64,000 bases of DNA from Candidatus Saccharimonadota bacterium (lineage in GTDB: Bacteria; Patescibacteriota; Saccharimonadia; Saccharimonadales; SLHW01): the NCBI GenBank assembly GCA_024635455.1, contig JAGXIU010000003.1, positions 67,966 to 131,965 of the forward strand. Reading direction: 5' to 3'. The notes under the pieces are model-generated. The model had not been told where the DNA came from. It did no database searches and worked only from the letters and a program-made list of their open reading frames with translations. Below, piece by piece: positions 8,780 through 18,043 of the stretch. Position numbers and translations under genes: made by a program. Every line of letters starts with the position of its first letter. The first letter of the stretch is position 1.

Positions 8780-9088
8780 TTATTCCTCCTTCAAGGTTTT
8801 AATACAATCAAACAGCACTCGCGCGCTGGGATTGTCAAAATGTGGTTTGTAACATGTACGCTGACCAATACGTATTGGTGTAGCCAGGCCATGTAGCTCC
8901 AGTAATTTTAAATGTTGCGATACTCCTGGAGTTGAGATACCAACTTCATTTGCTAACTCCCCCACACATAAGTCTCTCTTCTCCAATAACGTACACATAA
9001 TACGTAAACGGGTCGGATCGGCTATCGCCCGAAACAACTTCGCTATATCTGTGTCGCTACGTGGTGTGGTTGTGTCTAGTGTTTTCAT
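8780..9088 (-). CDS. ArsR/SmtB family transcriptional regulator
   Basis: wHTH: ADPTRLRIMCTLLEKRDLCVGELANEVGISTPGVSQHLKLLELHGL. I preferred the ATG at 9088 over the TTG at 9118 used by the ORF track. Confidence 0.85.
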   Translation of the reverse strand: MKTLDTTTPRSDTDIAKLFRAIADPTRLRIMCTLLEKRDLCVGELANEVGISTPGVSQHLKLLELHGLATPIRIGQRTCYKPHFDNPSARVLFDCIKTLKEE

Positions 9089-9207
9089 ATGTAAACGGTT
9101 GTTTAAGTGTTTAAGCAACCACTTAATACTTTAGCAGATGATTACTCGTTGTCAACACATTTTTTATGCAAACGTACCGTGGGTTATTGTATTTTCTCAT
9201 CTGTTAT

Positions 9208-9237
9208 AAACCCGACACACCTAAGTATGTCGGGTTT
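9208..9237 (-). terminator. 10-bp-stem hairpin AAACCCGACA-N10-TGTCGGGTTT downstream of ino1; copy 1 of a repeated palindromic element
   Basis: Perfect 10-bp stem read directly from the sequence, with a T/A-rich 3' flank. A near-identical copy lies at 15919..15948. Confidence 0.5.
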
Positions 9238-9248
9238 ATGGTGTACTT

Positions 9249-10349
9249 TTATGCGCCGTAAGCTTGGATATAATCCTCTACCATTTGCCTTGCTTCACGG
9301 TCTTCGACTTGTTTCGGAGGGTGTTTTTGGAAGTAGGCTGCAGGCTCAATGATTGGTCCAGCTAATTTATGGTCCAGCGCCAGTTTCATGCAGCGAATAG
9401 AGTCTATAGCGACACCTGCGGAGTTTGGTGAATCTTCAACGGAGAGTCGTAGCTCCAAATTCATAGGCACGTCCCCGAAATGTTTGCTTTCAATACGTAA
9501 GAAACAGACTTTATTATCTTTCTGCCATGGCACGTAGTCTGACGGCCCAACATGAATGTTGTCTGGGTCTATATGTTGTCCGCGCGCTTCTATCATCGAC
9601 GTTACCGCATTCGTTTTTGAAGTTTTTTTGCTGTCGAGGCGTTCTCGCTCCAGCATGTTCATGAAGTCAGTGTTGCCGCCTGTGTTCAATTGGTAGGTTC
9701 TCTCTATCTTCATACCTCTATCTAAAAACAGGTTCACTAATGTCCGGTGAGTAATAGTGGCGCCAACCTGAGCTTTTATATCATCACCGATGACCGGCAG
9801 ACCGGCGTCAGTAAACTTCTTTGCCCAGATTTTATCTGAAGCAATGAATACTGGAATGTTATTCACGAATCCACAGCCAGCATCGATCGCTGCTTGGGCG
9901 TAAAATTCAGTTGCCTGTTGTGACCCGACTGGTAAATAATTTACCACCATCTCCGCGCCTGTCTTACGTAGTACTTCGGCTACATTAATGTCTTTTGTGT
10001 TGCTTATCGGCACGACTTCAGCAGTATATTTATTGACGCCGTCTAATCTCGGTCCTTTCATCACTGGTACATTAAGATTTGGCACCTGAGCAAACACAGT
10101 TGTATTGTTCGGCTCGGCATAAATTGCTTCTGAGAGGTCTTTCCCGACCTTATTATCGTTTACGTCAAACGCCGCCACGACTTCAATGTCACGTATATGA
10201 TAGCCGCCAAAGTTAACGTGCATGACTCCTGGCACAAAGTCATCTTCCGTGGCATTTTTGTAGTATTCAATTCCCTGAATGAGCGATGAGGCGCAGTTGC
10301 CCACCCCTACTACCGCCACTTTAATCGAATTATTACCTGATGTACTCAT
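9249..10349 (-). CDS. ino1: myo-Inositol-1-phosphate (inositol-3-phosphate) synthase
   Basis: 366 aa. Contains KVAVVGVGNCASSLIQGIEYYK, the prokaryotic MIPS Rossmann N-terminus. Length and C-terminal region are consistent. Strong SD GGGGGAGA. Confidence 0.9.
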   Translation of the reverse strand: MSTSGNNSIKVAVVGVGNCASSLIQGIEYYKNATEDDFVPGVMHVNFGGYHIRDIEVVAAFDVNDNKVGKDLSEAIYAEPNNTTVFAQVPNLNVPVMKGPRLDGVNKYTAEVVPISNTKDINVAEVLRKTGAEMVVNYLPVGSQQATEFYAQAAIDAGCGFVNNIPVFIASDKIWAKKFTDAGLPVIGDDIKAQVGATITHRTLVNLFLDRGMKIERTYQLNTGGNTDFMNMLERERLDSKKTSKTNAVTSMIEARGQHIDPDNIHVGPSDYVPWQKDNKVCFLRIESKHFGDVPMNLELRLSVEDSPNSAGVAIDSIRCMKLALDHKLAGPIIEPAAYFQKHPPKQVEDREARQMVEDYIQAYGA

Positions 10350-10452
10350 GGTTCTCCCCCGCTTATATAAAATCTGTTGCTACTTAACGATAGTACGAAC
10401 AACTCATATAAGAATCTAATATAAATTAGTTATATACTGATAATATATATTT

Positions 10453-11340
10453 ATGGATGAGCATTTGCGAAAATTTGCGGCTGTAGCAGAGCACGGTAGC
10501 TTCACGAAAGCAGCGCAGGAGATACACGTATCACAGCCGGCCTTGTCGATGGCAGTTCGTCAGCTCGAGCGGGAGCTGGGCGTAAAACTCTTTACTCGTA
10601 TCGGTCGGTCCAGCCAATTAACACCAGCTGGAAAAATTGTCCTAGAAGCAGCGCAGCATATGCGAAGTTCGATAGACGACCTGTCTCTTCGTTTAAGTGA
10701 ATATAATGATCGCAAACCACAAATCCGTATCGGCCTGATTGATAGTATGGCTGACCTTTTGTTTGCTCGTCAGAAAACGTTTCCTGAGATTGCTCAGCAA
10801 GCTGATGTTTCACTAACCGTTGATGCATCAAGTCGGCTGCTCCAGGCAACAGAAGCAGGTCATCTCCATGCTGCACTTATTGTTACGCCACAGCAATCAA
10901 TATCACCACAAGTCGTAACGTATCTACTTGGTGATGAACCGTTAGCTGTTGTGTGCGCACCTTCTATGCCCCAGTCGCCGACTGAGCCTATTCCCTGCAT
11001 TAGCTATAACACGCAAGCAACTACCTATGAGTTTGTCAATAAATCGCTTGATGAACATGGTGTGCGTCGTCAGGTACTTCTTCACTCTACGAGTCCAACG
11101 GTCATGTTACGTCTTTGTTTGCAGGGAGTTGGCTTCAGTGTATTACCCTTTATGACAGTAGCTGATTATCTCGCTCGTGGTGATTTGCGTTATCTTGGTG
11201 GTACTGCGCCACGTCTGATTCACCGCCCGATAACAGCAATAACACGCAGAGATAACCAGGATATAGAGGTGGTAAATCACATTTTTAAACAGGCAAAGTC
11301 GCATATTAAAAATGCGCAAAATAGTGCCCTTATTAAGTAG
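10453..11340 (+). CDS. LysR family transcriptional regulator
   Basis: 295 aa. N-terminal HTH: LRKFAAVAEHGSFTKAAQEIHVSQPALSMAVRQLERELGVKLFTR. Divergent from ino1. Confidence 0.9.
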   Translation: MDEHLRKFAAVAEHGSFTKAAQEIHVSQPALSMAVRQLERELGVKLFTRIGRSSQLTPAGKIVLEAAQHMRSSIDDLSLRLSEYNDRKPQIRIGLIDSMADLLFARQKTFPEIAQQADVSLTVDASSRLLQATEAGHLHAALIVTPQQSISPQVVTYLLGDEPLAVVCAPSMPQSPTEPIPCISYNTQATTYEFVNKSLDEHGVRRQVLLHSTSPTVMLRLCLQGVGFSVLPFMTVADYLARGDLRYLGGTAPRLIHRPITAITRRDNQDIEVVNHIFKQAKSHIKNAQNSALIK

Positions 11341-11505
11341 CGTATTATAGTTTTGCTAACGTTATCCAGCAGCTACTATCACTGAAGCTAGCAGTCCACA
11401 GAGCAGTGATTCGTCGGAAATTTATGATAGTCAAGAAGCGCACCATGCGTCGTAGGTTACTAGTGGAAATCGGCTTGTCCCCATTCGTAGCGCGTAAACC
11501 GCATA

Positions 11506-11514
11506 TGGTATAAT
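11506..11514 (+). promoter_or_regulatory. Extended -10 element TGgTATAAT upstream of the 655-aa membrane protein gene
   Basis: Exact TGnTATAAT lies 40 nt upstream of the ATG at 11554. No good -35 element. Confidence 0.3.
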
Positions 11515-11553
11515 AATGCTTAAATATGAATGTATAAATAGGGACGTGTAAAC

Positions 11554-13521
11554 ATGGATATTAAACCACGCTCATCGATGAGCAACGAAGACAACCAGAA
11601 CAATAAGCCAAGTCAGACAAACCAGCCCCCACCCTCATCATCTGATGCAGCTGGCGGTTCAACATCATCACCACAAACCAGCTCACCAGCTTCACCGCAG
11701 CCACAAACTAATCCAGCTGCTGATACAGCAAATCAGCCAGCCGCTCCAGCGCCAGCCGCTGAGATAAAGCCATTTACGATGGATGATCCAAGTACAGCTC
11801 AGAATGGTGAGGTTGCTCAATCAACTCCACCTGAGCCAGCCGCTGCGAGCTCAGATCCAGCAAAGCCATTTGATGTCGAGAAAGCGCAAAGTACTCCTGG
11901 AGCTAAGCCACCAACAACCCCTGCACCATCGCCGTCCCAACAAAACAACACCAACCCAAAACCTGCCGAAGAAGCGGTCGCGCCGGCGACTGCGCAGCCT
12001 CTAGACGCGGCGCAGACCACTAATAACCAAACCGATAACCCAACCCCGGCCTCAGCCGGCCCAAGTCAGCCCTCCGCCACTCCAGCGCCAGCATTTGGGT
12101 CAACATCTCCTCCATCAGCGAACCAAGCAAGCACGAAAAAACCAAAGCAAAAACACACTGCGCTCATCGTCGGGTTAGTCACCGCAGCAATAGTGCTTGT
12201 TGCAGGCTATGTTTTTGGTTACTATCTGCCCAATCGTCCCGAAAACGTATATCGTAACGGATTGGAGCGTAGTGGCGACGCCATACATAACTTGATTATT
12301 GAAGCAACCGAAGTCGAACAGCTAGAAGCTCTAAACCGCATGCAGATGACAGGATCTATGAGTTTTTCTTCAGGTGATATTGAGTTTGAGGGCTCACTGA
12401 ACTCCTTGTTGGGTGAACAGAATACCGACAGTTCATTCGATGTTGCTCTTACGTCTGCTGGAGCAGAAGACATTGGTCTAAGCGGCGACGTTCGCACCAC
12501 CTTAGCAGACGATGAGCGATTTCCTGACATATATTTTCAACTCACCGGCATGGCATCACTCGGACTAAACGCATATCTTCCTGGCATAGAATCGTACGAT
12601 GGACAGTGGATTTCGGTAAGTTCTGAATTGCTCGAGTCATCACTTGGTGAAATGTATGATACGGCAGAATCAGATACTCAAGCGACACCAGAACTGCAAG
12701 AGTACACGACCTTAGTACGTGATATTTCTGCAACAACCAATGACTATATTTTTAGTGCTAATGATGAAACAGCTGTTATACAAATGGAAGAATTTCTCGG
12801 TCAAGAAGAGCTCGGAGACATTAGTACTAACCGTTACAGGGCCTCAATCAACCAAGATAACGCAATTGCTTATTGCCAGGAGATAGTAGCGGTATTTTAT
12901 CGCTCGCAGTTAAACCGCACACTAAGTGGCGATGACGATGAAACTATTGAAGCTAACATTACAGAATACCAAGATCAATGCCAAGAGCTCCCAGAGGAAG
13001 CTGATGGAGCTGGCGAAATCGATGAAACGTTCGATGTATGGATAGATCGTGACACGAAACTTATACACAAAGTACGAGTTAGCGATAGTGAAAATGATGA
13101 GAACTACGCTGAAGTCGGGCAACGCTATAGCGGTGGTGACGAGCTTGAGCTGTTTATTTACACTCAAGATGCAGAGAGTGATATAAAAACGACGGTGACA
13201 TTCAAAACGAACTTACAAACAAATGTAAGCTCTGTTAGCGCTAACCTTACTCAACAAGGTGATAGTCCTTACAGTTTTGATGCGAACCTACAGGTCGAAC
13301 CATATACTGATGAAATTAGTGTAGAGGCGCCTGCCGGGGCAGTTTCTATCGAGCAGGTTATGGAGGAATTGTTCGGCGCTATGAACACGCAACTGCAGCC
13401 TGGCATTGCGCCAGAGTCGACTATTGAATTCAACGATAGTGTCGACTCTGAGCGACTCGAGACTATCGCACCGCAAGAGACTTCGTCGCCATTCACTGAG
13501 CTGCAACGACTCTTTCAATAA
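11554..13521 (+). CDS. Membrane-anchored protein: ~200-aa P/A/S/T/Q-rich disordered N-terminus, one TM, ~430-aa acidic C-terminal domain (unknown function)
   Basis: 655 aa. A KKPKQKH stretch precedes the TM ALIVGLVTAAIVLVAGYVFGYY. I recognised no motif in the C-terminal domain. Confidence 0.7.
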   Translation: MDIKPRSSMSNEDNQNNKPSQTNQPPPSSSDAAGGSTSSPQTSSPASPQPQTNPAADTANQPAAPAPAAEIKPFTMDDPSTAQNGEVAQSTPPEPAAASSDPAKPFDVEKAQSTPGAKPPTTPAPSPSQQNNTNPKPAEEAVAPATAQPLDAAQTTNNQTDNPTPASAGPSQPSATPAPAFGSTSPPSANQASTKKPKQKHTALIVGLVTAAIVLVAGYVFGYYLPNRPENVYRNGLERSGDAIHNLIIEATEVEQLEALNRMQMTGSMSFSSGDIEFEGSLNSLLGEQNTDSSFDVALTSAGAEDIGLSGDVRTTLADDERFPDIYFQLTGMASLGLNAYLPGIESYDGQWISVSSELLESSLGEMYDTAESDTQATPELQEYTTLVRDISATTNDYIFSANDETAVIQMEEFLGQEELGDISTNRYRASINQDNAIAYCQEIVAVFYRSQLNRTLSGDDDETIEANITEYQDQCQELPEEADGAGEIDETFDVWIDRDTKLIHKVRVSDSENDENYAEVGQRYSGGDELELFIYTQDAESDIKTTVTFKTNLQTNVSSVSANLTQQGDSPYSFDANLQVEPYTDEISVEAPAGAVSIEQVMEELFGAMNTQLQPGIAPESTIEFNDSVDSERLETIAPQETSSPFTELQRLFQ

Positions 13522-13550
13522 TAGCTGGATTATCCCAATAGTTTAGTACG

Positions 13551-15836
13551 TTATAAGGGAGTTGTTTCTGGCGTAGGAGTTTCAGGCAATGGTTCATCTA
13601 CTGGGTCGTCTACAGGATCTTCTTCGCCTGTATCTGGAGGCTGCTCATCAGGCGTCGGTTCTTCTACTGGATCAGTTGTAGTGCTATCCTCTTCGTTCGT
13701 GTCATTCTCTGCTTGTTGTTGTGCTTCAGCTTCTTGGCGCAGACGCTCCTCTTCTTCTTCACTTCGGCGTGGCTCGACAACACCTGGCGAATTTGAAGGT
13801 CGTTCACATTGAGCCTCTGGTGTATAGCCATTGAAGAAATATTCTTCATAACTACCGTTTACGGTGCAAACATAAATTGATGACAACTCTCCTGGTATTG
13901 GGAATGATTCAGCCGGACTATCTTGTAAAACGTGCTCCATAGTTGATTTCCAAATCGGTCCAGCCATGGCCGATCCACCAGCCTGCATCGGTTGGTTGTT
14001 ATTGTCACCAACCCAGACACCGACAGCCAAACTTGGTGTATAGCCAATCGTCCAGGCGTCTTTGTTTTCATTTGTTGATCCAGTTTTTACTGCTACATCA
14101 CGACCAAATATGTTGAGCCGTGTGCCGAATGTAGCAGCCCGAGCCTGCTCATCAGAAAGAATTGAGCTAATCATGTATGACGCAGCTGCGCTTTGCACTC
14201 GTGTGGCATCCGGAGTTGTTTTAAACGTTTCTGAACCAAACTTATCTTCGATAGACAAAATTGTAGTTGGTTGATGCTGTACGCCCATGTTAGCAAATGC
14301 AGCATAGGCATTCGTCATATCCAAAAGCTTAACCTCTGCTGTTCCTAGCGCTAGGGTTAGTCCGTATGTTTCTGGGTCGTCCACATCATCGATTCCCATG
14401 CGCTGGGCGGTTGCTGCTGCCTCCTCTACGCCCAACTGCTCGATAACCTTAATAGACGGAATGTTCAGTGAGTTGGCGAGCGCATAGCGAACTGTTATGT
14501 CACCACGAAAGCGGAAGTCATAATTTTCTGGTACGTAGTCGCCATACTCCACGCGTTCATCACGAATAACAGTAGCGCCGGTAATAAGCTTTTCATCGAG
14601 TGCTTCTGTATAGTAGATTGGTTTAAAGCTGGAGCCAGGCTGTCGTGGCGAAATCGCCATATTGACTTGTCCAAAGGAATCATTGTCCCAATCAGCGCTA
14701 CCTACCAGCGCAGTGATCTCGCCGTTCTCTGGGTTAATCGCCACCATCGATCCATTGGTTGCACCTTGACTCGACGATCGTTCAATTTGTTCTGATACCG
14801 TTTGCTCAGCAAATTTCTGCTGCTCCAGATCAATTGTGGTACGTACTCGAAAGCCAGAACGGGTCACTTGCTCCTCGCCGTAGCGCTCTTCTAGCTCGGC
14901 CATAACCATACGAGAAAAGTGATGAGCGTATTCTTGATCATTCAGTGTTATATCAGCATAGGTTAGTTCGGTTTCTTGGGCCTGCTCGGCCTCGTCACTT
15001 GATATGTAGCCCGCTTCGCTCATGGCGGTTAGGACGCGTGTTTGTTGATTTTGGCTCTGTTCAATATCTCCACTGATCGGTGAATAGGCGCTTGGAGCCG
15101 GTAGTAGGCCAATTAACATACTCGCCTCCTCGAGCGATAGCTCTGAAGGAGTTTTATCAAAATAGGTGTGAGCAGCTTGCTCTATCCCAAAGGCTCCTTC
15201 ACCGTAGTAAACCGAGTTTAAGTACAGCTCAAGTATCTCATCCTTGTTGTATTGACGCTCAATGGCGATGGCAATTGAGAGTTCTTGGTATTTGCGTAGA
15301 TAGTTCTTCTTGCCTGAGAGGAGATTATTTTTTACGAGCTGCTGCGTGATTGTTGAGCCACCATATTTTGTTAATTCCAGATTCAGCAAATTGCCAACCA
15401 ACGCACCTGCCATGCTGCGCAATGAGAAGCCGCCATGCTCGTAAAAGTCCTTGTCCTCACTTGCAATCAGTGCATTCTCTAGGTCGTCTGATATTTCATC
15501 GAGAGTATAGAATTGTTCAGTCGCAGATTTGCCAAAGCTATAGAACACCTCATCGTGGCGGTCAGTCATGACGATTCCGGTGTTATTACGGTTCATTAGT
15601 CGTTCACGGTCGTTTATATCACGAACAAAATATAAGTAAGAGGCAATCGGAAACACAATCAAAAATATGGCTGTACCACCGCCGACTATGGCGAGTTTCT
15701 TTTTGGTACTGAAGCTTTGCCACTGACGCCATCTATCACGCACAAATATGATTGGTTTGTGATACCACTTTTGCTCCACAGCCCGATAGGCGGGCTTGCG
15801 TTTCTGATAGGATTTTCGTTTATTATCACTCTTCAC
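13551..15836 (-). CDS. Class A penicillin-binding protein (PBP1A; glycosyltransferase GT51 + transpeptidase) with an acidic/Pro-rich C-terminal tail
   Basis: 761 aa. GT51 motifs EDKDFYEHGG and GGSTITQQL. Transpeptidase motifs SSFKP (SxxK) and KTGST (KTG). The tail is rich in E/D/P/T. Confidence 0.9.
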   Translation of the reverse strand: MKSDNKRKSYQKRKPAYRAVEQKWYHKPIIFVRDRWRQWQSFSTKKKLAIVGGGTAIFLIVFPIASYLYFVRDINDRERLMNRNNTGIVMTDRHDEVFYSFGKSATEQFYTLDEISDDLENALIASEDKDFYEHGGFSLRSMAGALVGNLLNLELTKYGGSTITQQLVKNNLLSGKKNYLRKYQELSIAIAIERQYNKDEILELYLNSVYYGEGAFGIEQAAHTYFDKTPSELSLEEASMLIGLLPAPSAYSPISGDIEQSQNQQTRVLTAMSEAGYISSDEAEQAQETELTYADITLNDQEYAHHFSRMVMAELEERYGEEQVTRSGFRVRTTIDLEQQKFAEQTVSEQIERSSSQGATNGSMVAINPENGEITALVGSADWDNDSFGQVNMAISPRQPGSSFKPIYYTEALDEKLITGATVIRDERVEYGDYVPENYDFRFRGDITVRYALANSLNIPSIKVIEQLGVEEAAATAQRMGIDDVDDPETYGLTLALGTAEVKLLDMTNAYAAFANMGVQHQPTTILSIEDKFGSETFKTTPDATRVQSAAASYMISSILSDEQARAATFGTRLNIFGRDVAVKTGSTNENKDAWTIGYTPSLAVGVWVGDNNNQPMQAGGSAMAGPIWKSTMEHVLQDSPAESFPIPGELSSIYVCTVNGSYEEYFFNGYTPEAQCERPSNSPGVVEPRRSEEEEERLRQEAEAQQQAENDTNEEDSTTTDPVEEPTPDEQPPDTGEEDPVDDPVDEPLPETPTPETTPL

Positions 15837-15918
15837 CGTATTACTCCATTGAACAATTCATTATACACTTATAGTATCAGGGGCGTCTATATACCTATAG
15901 CAAAGTTTATCTGCAAAT

Positions 15919-15948
15919 AAACCCGACAGACGAAGGTGTGTCGGGTTT
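15919..15948 (-). terminator. Hairpin AAACCCGACA-N10-TGTCGGGTTT downstream of the ABC permease; copy 2 of the repeated element
   Basis: Stem identical to 9208..9237. The loop matches the reverse complement of the first loop at 7 of 10 positions. Followed on the minus strand by ATTTG. Confidence 0.5.
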
Positions 15949-15957
15949 AATAAGTCG

Positions 15958-17310
15958 TTATTCAGTACGTAGCGCTACAATCGGGTCGAGTTTCGCGGCT
16001 TTTCTCGATGGCAACCATCCAGCCAGTATAGATATTACAACCAGCGCTAAAATCAAGCCGACAATCTCTACCCAGTTAAATAGCAGTAAGTAATTCCCCT
16101 CTCCAAGTTCGATAGTCTCCGAAAGCCACGGATTTATAGCAACCCCCAGCCCGACTGCTAGTAGCGAACCGATTGTACCACCAAGAAATCCTATCCAAGC
16201 TGCCTCAAAGCGGAACAGTCGGCCAATGTCCCGTGAGTGCATGCCGAGTGCTTTCATTAGACCAATTTCACGGGTACGTTGCAGGACGCTGATGTACATG
16301 GTGTTAATAATGCCAAAAACAGATGCGATGATGGCGATAAAGGCAAACCCAGCCACAATTCCCTGAAGTACCGCAATAATTTGGTTCAGAAAATCTTGGG
16401 TATCTTGGACGCTTTGAGCTACGTAACCAAGTTCTCGAATTTCGGCTTGTCCTGCTTGTAATGTTTCTGCATTTTCACCGCCAGCAATACGAACAAATAC
16501 CGCATTGTAGCGCTGATAGTTGGGCGTGCCTCGTGTAGTAATCTCATTTAACTCAGCAACATCTTCTGCTCCACCGTACAGGTAAAGTTCTGTGCCGGGC
16601 TGAGATGTGAGCGGTGGAGCGAGTACACCGACTATCGTAAACTCTTGCGTGAGAAGACGTTCCTCTATGGCTGCCTGGTAGTTTTCGCTACGGGCAAGCT
16701 CTTGCTGGATCTGTCCACCGGAGGGTAAAACGTTGAGTGTAAGGGTCTCGTTGATAGCAGCTTGAGGATCGGAAAAACCGAGCGCCTTAACATACGCTTC
16801 CGGCAGGAGCAGTTGCTTGTTGCTGAGCGATTCAGGAATGCTGCCAGCACGGAGTTCAGGTGATTGGTACGGGTTAAGTGCGCTAATCGTGCCGACATAT
16901 TTCGGTTGATCTGGTCGAGTTAAATACTGTAGATTCACAACGATGTTTTTACGAACCTGTTCAACTGAATCAAGTTGTTCTATGCGCTCGAGGTCTTCAT
17001 TCGTTAATCGTGATATTTGCGTAGCAGCGCCAGCAGCTGAAGCTATTGTGCCAAAGCTTGGGTCATATTCACGCGGTGTTGATGCATCTCCCTGGCCAAA
17101 CACACGGTCATCACTCGCCACGATGAGCTCTGCCGGATCAAAGTTATCGGTGATAATTTGGTCGACAAACGACTGCGCCCCGTTACTGGCTGCAAGCGTG
17201 AGTGTTAAAGAAAATGTACCAACAGCAATTGCAAGTGAGGTAAGTAATGTTCGTACCTTGGCGCTTTGCAGTGTTCGCCCTGAGCGGCGTAGAATATCTG
17301 AAATGTACAT
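15958..17310 (-). CDS. ABC transporter permease, MacB/FtsX family
   Basis: 450 aa. N-terminal TM, large extracytoplasmic domain, and a C-terminal FtsX domain (QRTREIGLMKALGM...KLDPIVALRTE). Confidence 0.85.
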   Translation of the reverse strand: MYISDILRRSGRTLQSAKVRTLLTSLAIAVGTFSLTLTLAASNGAQSFVDQIITDNFDPAELIVASDDRVFGQGDASTPREYDPSFGTIASAAGAATQISRLTNEDLERIEQLDSVEQVRKNIVVNLQYLTRPDQPKYVGTISALNPYQSPELRAGSIPESLSNKQLLLPEAYVKALGFSDPQAAINETLTLNVLPSGGQIQQELARSENYQAAIEERLLTQEFTIVGVLAPPLTSQPGTELYLYGGAEDVAELNEITTRGTPNYQRYNAVFVRIAGGENAETLQAGQAEIRELGYVAQSVQDTQDFLNQIIAVLQGIVAGFAFIAIIASVFGIINTMYISVLQRTREIGLMKALGMHSRDIGRLFRFEAAWIGFLGGTIGSLLAVGLGVAINPWLSETIELGEGNYLLLFNWVEIVGLILALVVISILAGWLPSRKAAKLDPIVALRTE

Positions 17311-18014
17311 TAGCTGGTCACCTTGTCTGCTTTTTTGTTTGCACGAGTGATTTTTTGCACTGCACCATCTTTAATCTGAATTTGTTTTTGGCATTGAAGG
17401 GCAAGATCTTTATCATGCGTCACGATAATCAATGTGCAGCCGAGGTCTGCATTTAGTGAGAACAGAAGTTTAATCACCATATCTCCGGTGGCGCTATCGA
17501 GATTACCAGTAGGCTCATCAGCGAAGAGTATTCGTGGTTTGTTGGCAATCGCTCGAGCGATAGCTAGTCGTTGTTTTTGGCCACCTGATAAGTTGACCGC
17601 TAAGTTGGTAGCTTTGTCATCTAGCCCTACCGCTGTGAGTGCTTCTAGTGCTTTTGTTTTGCGGCTACTTCGCTCGACCTTAGCTACTTCTAGCGGTAGT
17701 AGTACGTTTTGGAGACAAGTCTGGTTTGGTTCAATAAAAAACGATTGAAAGATAAAGCCCATGTCATTGGCGCGAAACGCATCCATTTTCTTCTGTGATA
17801 ACGAATGGAGTGATTGCTCGTCAATAATTACTGATCCGCTGCTCGGTGAATCTAAGCCACTCATGACATGCATCAGCGTTGATTTACCTGAGCCACTTTT
17901 ACCTATAATTGCAAGAGTAGCACCATCTTCGACCTCAAACGAAACCTCGTCTAAGGCGGTAAAGATACTGGTTCCCTTGCCGTATCGCTTGCTTACCTTA
18001 TCTAGTTCAATCAA
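17310..18014 (-). CDS. ABC transporter ATP-binding protein (MacB/LolD-like)
   Basis: Walker A GKSGSGKST, signature LSGGQKQR, Walker B ILFADEPT. A TAATG overlap joins it to the permease gene. Confidence 0.9.
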   Translation of the reverse strand: MIELDKVSKRYGKGTSIFTALDEVSFEVEDGATLAIIGKSGSGKSTLMHVMSGLDSPSSGSVIIDEQSLHSLSQKKMDAFRANDMGFIFQSFFIEPNQTCLQNVLLPLEVAKVERSSRKTKALEALTAVGLDDKATNLAVNLSGGQKQRLAIARAIANKPRILFADEPTGNLDSATGDMVIKLLFSLNADLGCTLIIVTHDKDLALQCQKQIQIKDGAVQKITRANKKADKVTS

Positions 18015-18043
18015 TTATTTTCTCCGGAGAACATACCGTATAA

